Made by a program: the position numbers and the translations under genes. A DNA stretch of 61,469 nucleotides, counting the filler, from Gemmatimonadota bacterium (lineage in GTDB: Bacteria > 4572-55 > J002), in NCBI GenBank assembly GCA_003697105.1. It is 4 parts of 4 records of this genome, joined end to end, with 100 filler letters (N's around TTAATTAATTAA, not from the genome) between each part and the next. Parts side by side here need not be neighbours in the genome. Positions count along the whole stretch, not along the records: positions 1 to 14,267 come from RFFQ01000052.1; positions 14,368 to 34,426 come from RFFQ01000053.1; 2 more parts are not named here. One strand, given 5' to 3'. The notes beneath the pieces are model-generated. The model was given only the letters and a program-made list of their open reading frames with translations. It was not told the DNA's origin and did no database searches. Below, in pieces: positions 9,186 through 18,639 of this stretch. Every line of letters starts with the position of its first letter. The first letter of the stretch is position 1.

Positions 9186-10322
9186 GTGGTCGGAATGAAC
9201 ACAGAAGGTATGCTTCAAGAAACACCGCTTCAGGAAATCCTTCAAACGATTAGTTTGAATCGTAGTAGTGGTAAGCTCTACTTAAAAAGTGATGTCGGGC
9301 ACGGACAAATCATGTTTCGGCAGGGAAAAATCGTGGGTGCACAATCCTCTTTGGAGAGTTTAAGACTCGGCGATATTTTGATTTTGCAAGGGTGGCTTAA
9401 CACCCCCCAACTAGAAGAAGCCCTAACCCTACAAAAAGAAACCGACGAACATCATCTCATCGGTGAAATTTTACAGCAACACAATTGGGTAACCGCGGAT
9501 AACATTGAATACGCCTTGAAACTTCAAGTCCAGTATGTGTTTTTTAACCTGCTTCGGTGGAATGTAGGGACATATACCTTTTATGAAGGTGCTGTACCAG
9601 ACACAACACCGGTAAAATTTTTAGTTGAGGAACTCTTGATGGAGGGTATGCGGCGGCTCGAAGATGACGATGACAACGATATCGAGGTCATTACGGTGAA
9701 TGAATTGGAAATTGTGGATGCGGAAAGTCCGGCAGAAGAGGTCACCCCACCGGAAAACTTAAACACCCCCACCCCACCTACTTACGAAGATATTGTGATT
9801 TCAGACCCGCAACCCACCCCAACAGAAACCGCCCCATCAAATACCCTGTCGGGCATTGCGGCGAAACATCGCCTTCATTTCCTAGAAATGCTACAACAAC
9901 GGTTAGGAAATCGTTATCTGGAAGAAATTCAGTCCATAGAAGTGAAAGACGACCAATCCATCCGGGATATTTTGGATATTTTTCGGAAGGACCCGCGGGT
10001 CAAAATCGCGGCATTAGTCGCCAAAGATGGTCTGTTCTATGGAACCAGTACCAACGCCCGTGAAAATGTGTATGCCGTTGGCGCCATGGCATCCAATACG
10101 TGGGGCATGATTCTCTCCTTTGGTGAAGAATTACTCAATCATAAGCAATTAACCTCCGTTTATTTTCATTTTGAAGAAGATGTGGTGCTACTGCAACTCA
10201 TCTCCGATAACATCGCACTGTTAATTGTGGGGGAGTTGGGTATCGATCTGGAATTTATCTCCTGTACATTACTTGCCTATCAAGATCATCTATTAAATCT
10301 GCTTGAAACTCAACATATTTAG
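9186..10322 (+). CDS. DUF4388 / MshEN-like protein with C-terminal Roadblock (MglB-like) domain
   Basis: EGMLQETPLQEILQ..SGKL..FRQGKIV and LLMEGMRRLE (DUF4388); RLGDILILQGWL..LEEALTLQ (MshEN-like); AALVAKDGL..GAMAS (Roadblock/LC7). Confidence 0.7.
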   Translation: MVGMNTEGMLQETPLQEILQTISLNRSSGKLYLKSDVGHGQIMFRQGKIVGAQSSLESLRLGDILILQGWLNTPQLEEALTLQKETDEHHLIGEILQQHNWVTADNIEYALKLQVQYVFFNLLRWNVGTYTFYEGAVPDTTPVKFLVEELLMEGMRRLEDDDDNDIEVITVNELEIVDAESPAEEVTPPENLNTPTPPTYEDIVISDPQPTPTETAPSNTLSGIAAKHRLHFLEMLQQRLGNRYLEEIQSIEVKDDQSIRDILDIFRKDPRVKIAALVAKDGLFYGTSTNARENVYAVGAMASNTWGMILSFGEELLNHKQLTSVYFHFEEDVVLLQLISDNIALLIVGELGIDLEFISCTLLAYQDHLLNLLETQHI

Positions 10323-10352
10323 CCATCATCTTAATCTTTAAGGAAACCGTCC

Positions 10353-11696
10353 ATGGACATAGTAGAGCTACTTTTTTCCGAAGAAGGGATTGTCAATACT
10401 GTCTTAATTTTGGCAATGGTATTGACGTTTCTCTTATTGATTTGGGTCAACATTGAACGGCGGAAAAAAGAAGAATTTGAGCTTGAGATCGAAGAAAAAG
10501 AGCATGAAGTCGAACAAATCCGAGGACAAGTCCATCTGGAACAAGCAAACTTGTTAAAAGAAGAATATGAGCAAAAGATTCAAAATATTGATGCCAAATA
10601 CCGGCACAAAATCGAAGAACTGATCCGGAAAGAACAACAGCTCCGAGATGAAAGCGAACAGCGTATCCGGGCATTGGAAGCAGAAAAACAGTCCCTGATT
10701 CGAAAACATCAGCACGAAATCATCGAAAAAGAGCATGAATATACAACCCAAATCGCAGAATTGCGGCAAAAGATTGTCGAACTCCAAGCGGAAGGCACCA
10801 ATACCGCTCCCTCACAGGCATCCTCTGAAATGTTGGTAGAGTTGCAAGCCCTCGCAGAAAAACGGCTGGAAGATGAACGGCGGTTGCTTCAGGTCAAAGA
10901 ACGACAATTGGAAGTTGCCCACGAACGTATCGTGGAAAACTCACCTATTTTATCCAAGTTGAGCACCCTCGAAGGAATGATTCAACAGCTCTCTACCAGC
11001 TTATTTGCCTCCTCCATGGCCAACGGACACCAACTCGTGCTCAGTAAAACCCATACCGATATTTTAAAACAAGCCTTCACAGAGGCACAAACGGAAATCA
11101 TACTATTTTGCTCCAAAATGACCCGCCACGGCTTAGCACAAATTACCCCCCTGTTGGAAGAATGCCTGCGGCGGGGAGTTCAAATTGATTTGGTGATCGG
11201 TACCTCCTATTTCTTAAATGAGTCGCGGCTACACCTACCGGACTTGATCCAACTATTGGAAATCGCCGAACAATACGAAAATTTACAAATTCGTTCCCGT
11301 TACGAGATTGATCAAGAGGTGTTGATCTGCGATGAGAACTGGTCTGTCCTCACCTCCGCCCATTGGCTGGGTGATCCCCAAGAAGAGGACTTAGGGGTTC
11401 AACTCTCCGGTACCGCCTCAACATTGAAACTCAAAGAAACGGTTTTGAAACATATCCAACAAGCCGATTTTCTGCATTTGAAAACCGATAGAATTAAAGC
11501 CGTCGGTAAACGAAATAATGAAATTCTAATTAAATTAATCGATTTCAAGCGTGCTTTGCGCTTAAATTCGCGCTTTATTGAGCAAATTATTCAAGAACTC
11601 CAAACGCTTCGGGAACAAAACGCGCCCGTTCAATTTGTCATCTCGGAGCACGACGGCAAAGATGTGACCTACGTAGGTCATCGCCCGACTGGATAA
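10353..11696 (+). CDS. TM + long coiled-coil + degenerate PLD-like domain protein
   Basis: N-terminal TM, about 180 aa of coiled coil, then HTDILKQAFTEAQTEIILFC..RGVQIDLV..DQEVLICDENWSVLTSAHW (PLD-like fold without HxK). Confidence 0.65.
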   Translation: MDIVELLFSEEGIVNTVLILAMVLTFLLLIWVNIERRKKEEFELEIEEKEHEVEQIRGQVHLEQANLLKEEYEQKIQNIDAKYRHKIEELIRKEQQLRDESEQRIRALEAEKQSLIRKHQHEIIEKEHEYTTQIAELRQKIVELQAEGTNTAPSQASSEMLVELQALAEKRLEDERRLLQVKERQLEVAHERIVENSPILSKLSTLEGMIQQLSTSLFASSMANGHQLVLSKTHTDILKQAFTEAQTEIILFCSKMTRHGLAQITPLLEECLRRGVQIDLVIGTSYFLNESRLHLPDLIQLLEIAEQYENLQIRSRYEIDQEVLICDENWSVLTSAHWLGDPQEEDLGVQLSGTASTLKLKETVLKHIQQADFLHLKTDRIKAVGKRNNEILIKLIDFKRALRLNSRFIEQIIQELQTLREQNAPVQFVISEHDGKDVTYVGHRPTG

Positions 11697-11743
11697 ACGC
11701 GTATTATGCTTTTTTGGAAACCAAATGAAATGAGGGTCTCGTC

Positions 11744-14257
11744 ATGAAGAACCAATTTACCGCAATTCATGCCTTGCTTTTCTGTGGGCTAATCGTGCTC
11801 GGTAAAATCACCCCTGCAATAAACGCCGAGGCAAATACACGGCTGGAACAATACCGCCAGCAAGTACAAGAGCTCCCGCAAAGCCCTACCGCCAATCTTC
11901 AATTGGCGTTGGTCTATGATGAACAGCACCAGATCGACGCCGCTATTCAGCAATACCAGCGCGTATTGGAACTTGACCCCGACCAAGTCATTGCTCACGT
12001 CAACCTCGCGTCTTTATATATCAAAAAGCACCGGTATGAACGCGCCTTGCGTCATTACGAACGCGCTATCGAACTCGACCGGAACAACGGAGTTGCTCTA
12101 GCCGGACTCGGCTTTCTTTACTTTCGTAGCCAGATGTACCCTCAAGCCATTGAGTACTACCAACGGGCGATGGAACTCCGCCCCAATGATGCCAACATTG
12201 CCTACAACTTAGGATTATTGTATGACGAACAAGGAGAATGGGATTCCGCTATCGAATATTACCGGCGCGCTTTGGCAATCGATCCCAATTATGCGGATGC
12301 CCATTATAATCTAGCGGCAATTTTTGCCGAGCAAAAACAAAATTCAACCCAATCACGCGCAGAACTCGAAAAGATGATTGCCATTGTCCCGGGAGATGTT
12401 TCTGCTCATATCCGCTTAGCCCAACTCTACGAAGCTGAAAATGAGAATACCAAAGCACTGGAACAATACCAAATTGCCAGCCAAATCGATACGGATAACC
12501 TGAACTTACTCTTGACGGTGGGTCGTCTGGCAGAACGTTTGAAAGAAGCCGCCGTAGCAGAAGATGCCTACCTGCGCGTGCTCGATCTGCACCCCGATCA
12601 TGCAGAAGCAAATGCGGCACTCGCCCGGATTTACGCCCAAGAAGGATATTATGATGAAGCCATCCGAGCCATGGAAAAGGCAAATGCCTTAGGTAAACCG
12701 GTTGCCGGAAGTGCCAATATTTATCTGCAGCACGGCATTAAAGCGATCAACGAAAATCAGTTTGATGTCGCGGAAATCCAACTCAAAAAGGCGATCAATT
12801 CCGATAATCCTCCCGTGGAAGCGTTTTTCCTGCTAGCGCAGCTTAAATTGCAAAACCGGCAAGATCAAGATGCAAAACCCTTGTTAGAGAAAGTGGTCAC
12901 CCTCGACCCACAACATGTAGATGCCCATTATCTGCTGGGGTATATCAATGAAAAAGAGGCACGCCAACTGGAAAAAGCCGGTCAGGTTGCCCAAGCGGAT
13001 GCCAAATATGAAGCCGCAATTCAAAAATATAAAACCGTGATCGAGCTGGATAAAAATTCCGCCAAAGCACACTACAATTTAGGTACACTTTATGTTCAAA
13101 AAGGGAATAAAGCGTATAGCGCGGCAGAAAAAAGCCTGAGTTCGCAGGTAGAACGTCAAAAATATCTGGAAACGGGTCACCGCTGGTACGACCAAGCAAT
13201 AAACCACTTTGAGCGGGCGGTGGTATTAGACCCGCAAAACGTGAGTGCTCACTTTTCATTGGCAAAGATTTATCAGGTGCGGTCAGAAGACCTCTCGCGG
13301 AGTGAGCAATTCCGTAATCAGATGCGGGCCGCCGCCTTTGATGAATATCGCCAAGTGGTGATGTACGACCCGCGCAATGCTATCGCCAGCTCACGAGTCG
13401 GGTTATATTATGCCCAACAGCAGGAATTTGCCACAGCACATGAATATTTTGACCGCACCTTTGCGTTAGGTCCCGCTTCCGCCGAAATTTATGCCGATTA
13501 CGCCCAAGCCCTCTATCTGGAAGGTAAATATTCCCAAGCACAGCAAAATATTGATGAAGCCCGCCGACAAGACCCGCAAGACGCCCGGGTGCGAGCAATT
13601 GCCGGAGATATTTACCGGGCACGCGGGCAACTGGAATTGGCACGAAGCGAATACCGGCAAGCGGTTCAATACAAACCCGCAAACAAAGAATACCGCTATA
13701 AATATGCCCGTCTGTTGGAAGAGATGAAGTTGTACAGCCAAGCCATTGCCCAATATGACACCACCTTAATGTACCATCCCGAAAATATTGAGGCAAAACA
13801 ACGAATTGCCTATTTGCGACAACGCGAAGCCGAAGAAAAAGAACAGAATCGTGAACTCGCCCGGCAAGAATATTTGGATATTCTCAACCATGACCCCAAT
13901 AACCTTACTGCCTTAATCAATTTAGGGGGTCTGGCAGCGCAAGACGGTGACTTTTTTAAAGCCCAACGTTATTTTGAGCGTGCCAAAGATAGCCACCCCA
14001 ACAGTTATTTGGCACATTTTAATCTAGGATTGATCTTCGATTTACAAGAACAACCCACCAAAGCGGTTTACCATTACAAACGCTGTTTAGCACTCCATCC
14101 CGGATTTGCAAAGGCTCACTACTACTTAGCCCAAATCTATCAAAATGAAGGACAGATGGAAGAAGCCACCCGCCATTACTGGGAAGCTAGCCAACTCGAC
14201 CACGACAATTTAGATGCCCGCGCCCGGTTGGATGCCCTTCGGGCAGAAGGGTATTGA
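11744..14257 (+). CDS. Large exported TPR-repeat protein
   Basis: Signal peptide followed by many TPR units (AHYNLG/AYNLGLLY patterns). Confidence 0.9.
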   Translation: MKNQFTAIHALLFCGLIVLGKITPAINAEANTRLEQYRQQVQELPQSPTANLQLALVYDEQHQIDAAIQQYQRVLELDPDQVIAHVNLASLYIKKHRYERALRHYERAIELDRNNGVALAGLGFLYFRSQMYPQAIEYYQRAMELRPNDANIAYNLGLLYDEQGEWDSAIEYYRRALAIDPNYADAHYNLAAIFAEQKQNSTQSRAELEKMIAIVPGDVSAHIRLAQLYEAENENTKALEQYQIASQIDTDNLNLLLTVGRLAERLKEAAVAEDAYLRVLDLHPDHAEANAALARIYAQEGYYDEAIRAMEKANALGKPVAGSANIYLQHGIKAINENQFDVAEIQLKKAINSDNPPVEAFFLLAQLKLQNRQDQDAKPLLEKVVTLDPQHVDAHYLLGYINEKEARQLEKAGQVAQADAKYEAAIQKYKTVIELDKNSAKAHYNLGTLYVQKGNKAYSAAEKSLSSQVERQKYLETGHRWYDQAINHFERAVVLDPQNVSAHFSLAKIYQVRSEDLSRSEQFRNQMRAAAFDEYRQVVMYDPRNAIASSRVGLYYAQQQEFATAHEYFDRTFALGPASAEIYADYAQALYLEGKYSQAQQNIDEARRQDPQDARVRAIAGDIYRARGQLELARSEYRQAVQYKPANKEYRYKYARLLEEMKLYSQAIAQYDTTLMYHPENIEAKQRIAYLRQREAEEKEQNRELARQEYLDILNHDPNNLTALINLGGLAAQDGDFFKAQRYFERAKDSHPNSYLAHFNLGLIFDLQEQPTKAVYHYKRCLALHPGFAKAHYYLAQIYQNEGQMEEATRHYWEASQLDHDNLDARARLDALRAEGY

Positions 14258-14267
14258 TAATTTTTCT

Positions 14268-14367
14268 NNNNNNNNNNNNNNNNNNNNNNNNNNNNNNNNN
14301 NNNNNNNNNNNTTAATTAATTAANNNNNNNNNNNNNNNNNNNNNNNNNNNNNNNNNNNNNNNNNNNN
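14268..14367. other. Assembly linker (contig join)
   Basis: 100-nt N run containing TTAATTAATTAA (stops in all six frames). Confidence 0.97.
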
Positions 14368-14444
14368 CGCACACACCGGTGCGCCCCTACGTATTTGTCC
14401 GGATGGGGACGCCAATTGGGACGCACACACCGGTGCGCCCCTAC
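14368..14444 (-). repeat. Two copies of a 23-nt GTAG-type REP-like palindrome
   Basis: CGCACACACCGGTGCGCCCCTAC at 14368-14390 and 14422-14444 (reverse complement GTAGGGGCGCAC...). Confidence 0.75.
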
Positions 14445-14662
14445 CGAAAATTGTTCAATGGTTCAAAACGATGACCACGAACGAATATATCCGCCATGTG
14501 AAAAATGATGGTTGGGCACCATTCCACAAACGATTATGGCAACGCAATTATTACGAACACATCATCCGCGATGATGGCTCTTTGTACCGCATCCGTAAAT
14601 ACATTGCCACAAACCCGTTACGCTGGAACCGGGATCAGGAAAATCAAAACCGAAAAAGATAG
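14368..14662 (+). mobile_element. REP-associated tyrosine transposase (RAYT/Y1) C-terminal part, cut by the gap
   Basis: GAPLPKIVQWFKTMTTNEYIR..LWQRNYYEHIIRD..IRKYIATNPLRW. Confidence 0.85.
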
Positions 14663-14688
14663 GCTGGTTGGTATAAGGAACGTTTGAT

Positions 14689-14985
14689 ATGACCCATAAT
14701 TTCATCACCAACGCCCCACAACGCCGTCTGAAAAGCCGCATCCAGACACTCCTCCAGAACAGCCAGGAACTCAAGTTCTTGGTCGGCTTCTTTTATTTTT
14801 CTGGCTGGCAGGAGCTTTACCAGGCACTCAAGGAACGGGATGACCTAGCCCTCAAAATTCTGGTGGGGCTGGACACCGACTTACGTTGACGAACATTAGG
14901 AGACCATTATCTGGAACGCATTGAACAACGGGTGAAGGATTTCCACAGCGAAATTATTATTGCTGTGGAAAATTTGACCGGTTAA
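14689..14985 (+). pseudogene. Remnant of PLD/SNF2 helicase-type gene
   Basis: NFITN..LKSRIQTLLQNSQELKFLVGFFYFSGW..KILVG, stop at 14887-14889, then an in-frame tail ..YLERIEQRVKDFHSEIIIAVEN. Confidence 0.6.
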
Positions 14986-15120
14986 CGTCTTTTCCGACCG
15001 GATCCGGGGGTTCGCCAGCGTTGAATGCGATGTTGCGGGTCAATTCTTACATTTATTTCCGAGAGGCGAGGGCGACTTATCCTCGTCTTTTTATTATCCT
15101 GATGAAAAATGAGGGTGAGT

Positions 15121-16485
15121 ATGAGTCATTTTGCGATTATTGTGCACGGGGGTGCGGGGGATATCCCCGATGACATGACGGCGGCATATCAAGAGGCATG
15201 CCGGTGGGCGGTGGAAACAGGTTATGAATGGCTCCGTGAGGGGCGATCGGCACTGGATGCGGTGGAAGCGGCGGTACGTATTTTGGAAGACCACCCAGCC
15301 ACCCATGCCGGCACCGGTGCCGCTCTGAATCGAGATGGAGACATTCAACTGGATGCCGGTATCATGGATGGCTCGAATTTGAAGATTGGCGCTGTAGCCG
15401 CCGTTCAGCGTATTGCCAACCCGGTTTATCTGGCACGGCAGGTCATGGAACGCACCCCGCATATTCTGCTCGCGGGTGACGGTGCGCTTCAATTTGCCCG
15501 CCAGATTCACTTCCCCGAGTGCGAACCGGCACACTTAACGACCGAACGGCGTTACCATGAGTGGAAACAGATGCACGAGACCGGCAATCTCAGTGCAGAA
15601 CTCCGGCGGTATCTGGGTGATACGGTCGGTGCTGTTGCCCGGGATACTGCGGGAAATATCGCTGTGGCGAACTCCACGTGCGGGATTTCGTACAAGTTAC
15701 CCGGTCGTGTGGGGGATACCCCCCTGCCCGGTAGCGGGTTTTACGCTGATAATCGGGTGGGGGGCGTGGCATGTACCGGCTGGGGAGAAGCCATTATCCG
15801 TACGGCGCTGGCAAAAACCACGCTTGACCTGTTACGAGATTACCAACCGGCTGAAGCCACCCAACGAGCTATTTATACCTTGCAAACGCAAGTGGGTGGC
15901 TTGGGCGGGCTAATTTTGATCGATGCCGCCGGTCACATCTGCTACGATTTTAATACCCCGCGTATGGCATTTGCCTACCAGTCCGCCAGTATGACCGCCC
16001 CGGTAATTGGGATTGACCCCGCGGACAAAATCGATTACCAACCGCGTTACCGGCGGGGTGTCGGGGCGATCTTGCTCAATGATGCGGGGCAAGTGTTAAT
16101 CTGCCAGCGTCGCCATAACTCCGGCGAGTGGCAGTTTCCGCAAGGGGGCATGGAACTGGGGGAAACGCCGCTGGATACCTTCCGGCGGGAAGTATGGGAA
16201 GAAACCGGTACGGCGAAAGTTCAACCGCTGTTTCAATTGCCACTGGAGACCCGGTACCTTTGGCCACCTGAAAAACGAGCGCAGGAATTCCATGATGGGC
16301 AAGTTCACACCTGGATTGTGGGCCGGTTTGAGGGTACGGATGCCGATTTTCATCCGACCGAAGAATTTACGGCGTTCCGGTGGGTCGATCTGGATCAAAT
16401 TACCACCCACACCGCTGTGTACCGCCGGGACGTTTACCGGCAATTGATCGACCATCTACGCATGGTTCGGGAGGGATTCTGCTGA
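15121..16485 (+). CDS. Isoaspartyl peptidase/L-asparaginase fused to RppH-like Nudix hydrolase
   Basis: IIVHGGAG, D-TVGAVA (Ntn nucleophile) and GRVGDTP; C-terminal YRRGVG..WQFPQGGMELGETPLDTFRREVWEETG Nudix box. Confidence 0.88.
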   Translation: MSHFAIIVHGGAGDIPDDMTAAYQEACRWAVETGYEWLREGRSALDAVEAAVRILEDHPATHAGTGAALNRDGDIQLDAGIMDGSNLKIGAVAAVQRIANPVYLARQVMERTPHILLAGDGALQFARQIHFPECEPAHLTTERRYHEWKQMHETGNLSAELRRYLGDTVGAVARDTAGNIAVANSTCGISYKLPGRVGDTPLPGSGFYADNRVGGVACTGWGEAIIRTALAKTTLDLLRDYQPAEATQRAIYTLQTQVGGLGGLILIDAAGHICYDFNTPRMAFAYQSASMTAPVIGIDPADKIDYQPRYRRGVGAILLNDAGQVLICQRRHNSGEWQFPQGGMELGETPLDTFRREVWEETGTAKVQPLFQLPLETRYLWPPEKRAQEFHDGQVHTWIVGRFEGTDADFHPTEEFTAFRWVDLDQITTHTAVYRRDVYRQLIDHLRMVREGFC

Positions 16486-17258
16486 TGCGTGACCGACCGT
16501 GGACGATTCAACTGGGGGATACGCCGCTGGTGGCAGTGGCACTTCATGCGGGGCACGAGATTCACCCGGCGGTAGCCCGGCATCTCGCCATCTCGGAGGC
16601 GGAACGCTGGCAAGAAGAAGACCCGGCAACCGCACGATGGGTCGATCTGGCTTCTACTTACGTGTGTGTCCATCGTTCCCGCTTTGAAGTTGACCTCAAT
16701 CGCGCTCGCGAGCGTGCCATTTATCGTGTTCCAGCGGATGCGTGGGGACTTACGGTGTGGCGGACGGTGCCACCGGAAGCAGTCATCCGGCAATCTTTAC
16801 AGCTTTATGACCAATTTTATGCGGCGCTCGATGATCTATTTACTCAATTTCAAGCCCGTTATGACCGCTTTGTGATATTTGATCTACATACATATAATTA
16901 TCGTCCTGAAATGGCGGATTGGCGTATCCAACCGGATATTGAAATCGGTACGAAAAAGATGCCAGACCGGTCGCGTTGGACGCCGCTAGTAGATCGATTG
17001 ATCGATGACCTGCGTTCGTACGATTTTGGCGGGCGGCGATTGGATGTGCAAGAAAATGTTTATTATGGGGGCGGGTATTTCCCGGAATGGGTATATCGCA
17101 CCTTTCCGGATTCCGCTTGTGTGATCACGCTGGAAATTCAGAAGTTTTTTCAGAATGCCGCTACCGGACAGATTGACCCCGATTTGGCGCTGGCGGTGTT
17201 TAATCTCTTGAAATTTGTTGCCGCTGGTGTTATAGAAGAATTGAAGGCAGTCCCTTGA
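16485..17258 (+). CDS. N-formylglutamate amidohydrolase family protein
   Basis: VALHAGH, EED, SRFEVDLNR and FDLHTYN; ATG overlaps the upstream TGA. Confidence 0.85.
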   Translation: MRDRPWTIQLGDTPLVAVALHAGHEIHPAVARHLAISEAERWQEEDPATARWVDLASTYVCVHRSRFEVDLNRARERAIYRVPADAWGLTVWRTVPPEAVIRQSLQLYDQFYAALDDLFTQFQARYDRFVIFDLHTYNYRPEMADWRIQPDIEIGTKKMPDRSRWTPLVDRLIDDLRSYDFGGRRLDVQENVYYGGGYFPEWVYRTFPDSACVITLEIQKFFQNAATGQIDPDLALAVFNLLKFVAAGVIEELKAVP

Positions 17259-17292
17259 AGTGTATTCTCAAAATATAGTATGGAGGTTGCTC

Positions 17293-18639
17293 ATGTCATC
17301 TTTACTTGCCGAAAAATTAACAGAGTTACACAACGCCGGAGTTGCACAGCCGATTTTAGACCGGTTGAAAACGCATATTGAGACCACGGAACCCTCCGGT
17401 TTAATCAATATTTCCCCTTACCGCATGGCAGATGAGTGGAATTTACCGCGGCGGGAGGTTTTGGATGCGTTTTTGTACGGAACCCGGTTCGGTCTGTTTG
17501 ATCTGGAATGGCACGTTAAATGTCCTTCCTGCAAAGGTGCAACCGAAAAGAGTAAAGAATTGATGCTGTTAAAACCGAAATCGCACTGTGAATATTGCCG
17601 GATCGATATTCAGGCGGCATTTGATGAAGCGGTGGAGGTGGTCTTTCAGGTCAATCCGAATGTTCGAGAGTTGGAAACACCGATTCTGTGGGATGACTTT
17701 ATTGCGTATTGGAAGTTATTTGAGGAAGTGGCGCGTTTTCGGGTCGATCCACATGCGTCGGGTGCGATAAACATTACCTTTGAACCGGCGACGTATTACC
17801 TGATGGAAGGGACGCATCGCTCCGTGGAAGCATTGACTTTTGAGCCTGATCTGAAAACGGAGACTCGGGAAATTACGGTGCATTGTGGTCCAGAGGGCAT
17901 GGAGTATGTTTTCCCCAAATTTTATGAAGCTGGTACGTACACTTTGAAGATTCAAAATGATATGGATGAGCCTGCATTGTTTTTGTTGCAACAACAACAG
18001 GTTTATCCCTGGATTTCTGGAGCGCAGATAGCTTCCAATCAAAGTTTTCGGGATTTGTTTAGCTCGGAACTGATTTCCGCCGATGAGAGCTTTTCGGTGA
18101 AAAATTTGGTGTTTGTCTTCACGGATATTAAGGGATCAACCGCATTATACGAACGAATCGGGGATTCACAGGCGTATCTGATTGTCAAACGTCATTTCCA
18201 AATTCTGACAGACACGGTGCGCCAGCATAACGGGGCGGTTGTCAAAACCATTGGTGATGCCATCATGGCGACCTTCCCCATTTCTACGGATGCCTTCCAA
18301 GCGGTGTTGGAGATGCAGCGTGCGTTTGATCAATTCAATTCCACGGGTGAAATTGATCCCCATGAAATTATCATCAAAGTCGGTCTTCATCGGGGTCCCT
18401 GCATTGCCGTGACATCCAATGATCGGCTGGATTATTTTGGACGCACGGTCAATATTGCGGCGCGGATTCAAGGTTTATCCACGGGACACGATGTGATGAT
18501 GTCTAAGTTATTCTATGATGAACCGGCTATTACCCAACTGGTAGAAGCATCTGGCTGGCATGTTAGCTTTTCCCAAGCAGAACTTAAAGGGATTGATCGC
18601 TTGTACGATGTTGTTCATCTGACGGAACCGGGCAAATGA
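17293..18639 (+). CDS. Class III adenylate/guanylate cyclase with N-terminal DUF5939-like Cys domain
   Basis: FTDIKGST, VKTIGDAIM and DYFGRTVNIAARIQ; N-terminal CPSC/CEYC. Confidence 0.88.
   Translation: MSSLLAEKLTELHNAGVAQPILDRLKTHIETTEPSGLINISPYRMADEWNLPRREVLDAFLYGTRFGLFDLEWHVKCPSCKGATEKSKELMLLKPKSHCEYCRIDIQAAFDEAVEVVFQVNPNVRELETPILWDDFIAYWKLFEEVARFRVDPHASGAINITFEPATYYLMEGTHRSVEALTFEPDLKTETREITVHCGPEGMEYVFPKFYEAGTYTLKIQNDMDEPALFLLQQQQVYPWISGAQIASNQSFRDLFSSELISADESFSVKNLVFVFTDIKGSTALYERIGDSQAYLIVKRHFQILTDTVRQHNGAVVKTIGDAIMATFPISTDAFQAVLEMQRAFDQFNSTGEIDPHEIIIKVGLHRGPCIAVTSNDRLDYFGRTVNIAARIQGLSTGHDVMMSKLFYDEPAITQLVEASGWHVSFSQAELKGIDRLYDVVHLTEPGK

Noticed and set aside
14312..14323. TTAATTAATTAA repeated in three N runs
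   Set aside because: Artificial six-frame-stop linker used to concatenate contigs; not biological.
14941..14970. TTCCACAGC/GCTGTGGAA hairpin as a terminator
   Set aside because: Lies within the remnant coding frame and has no convincing T tract.
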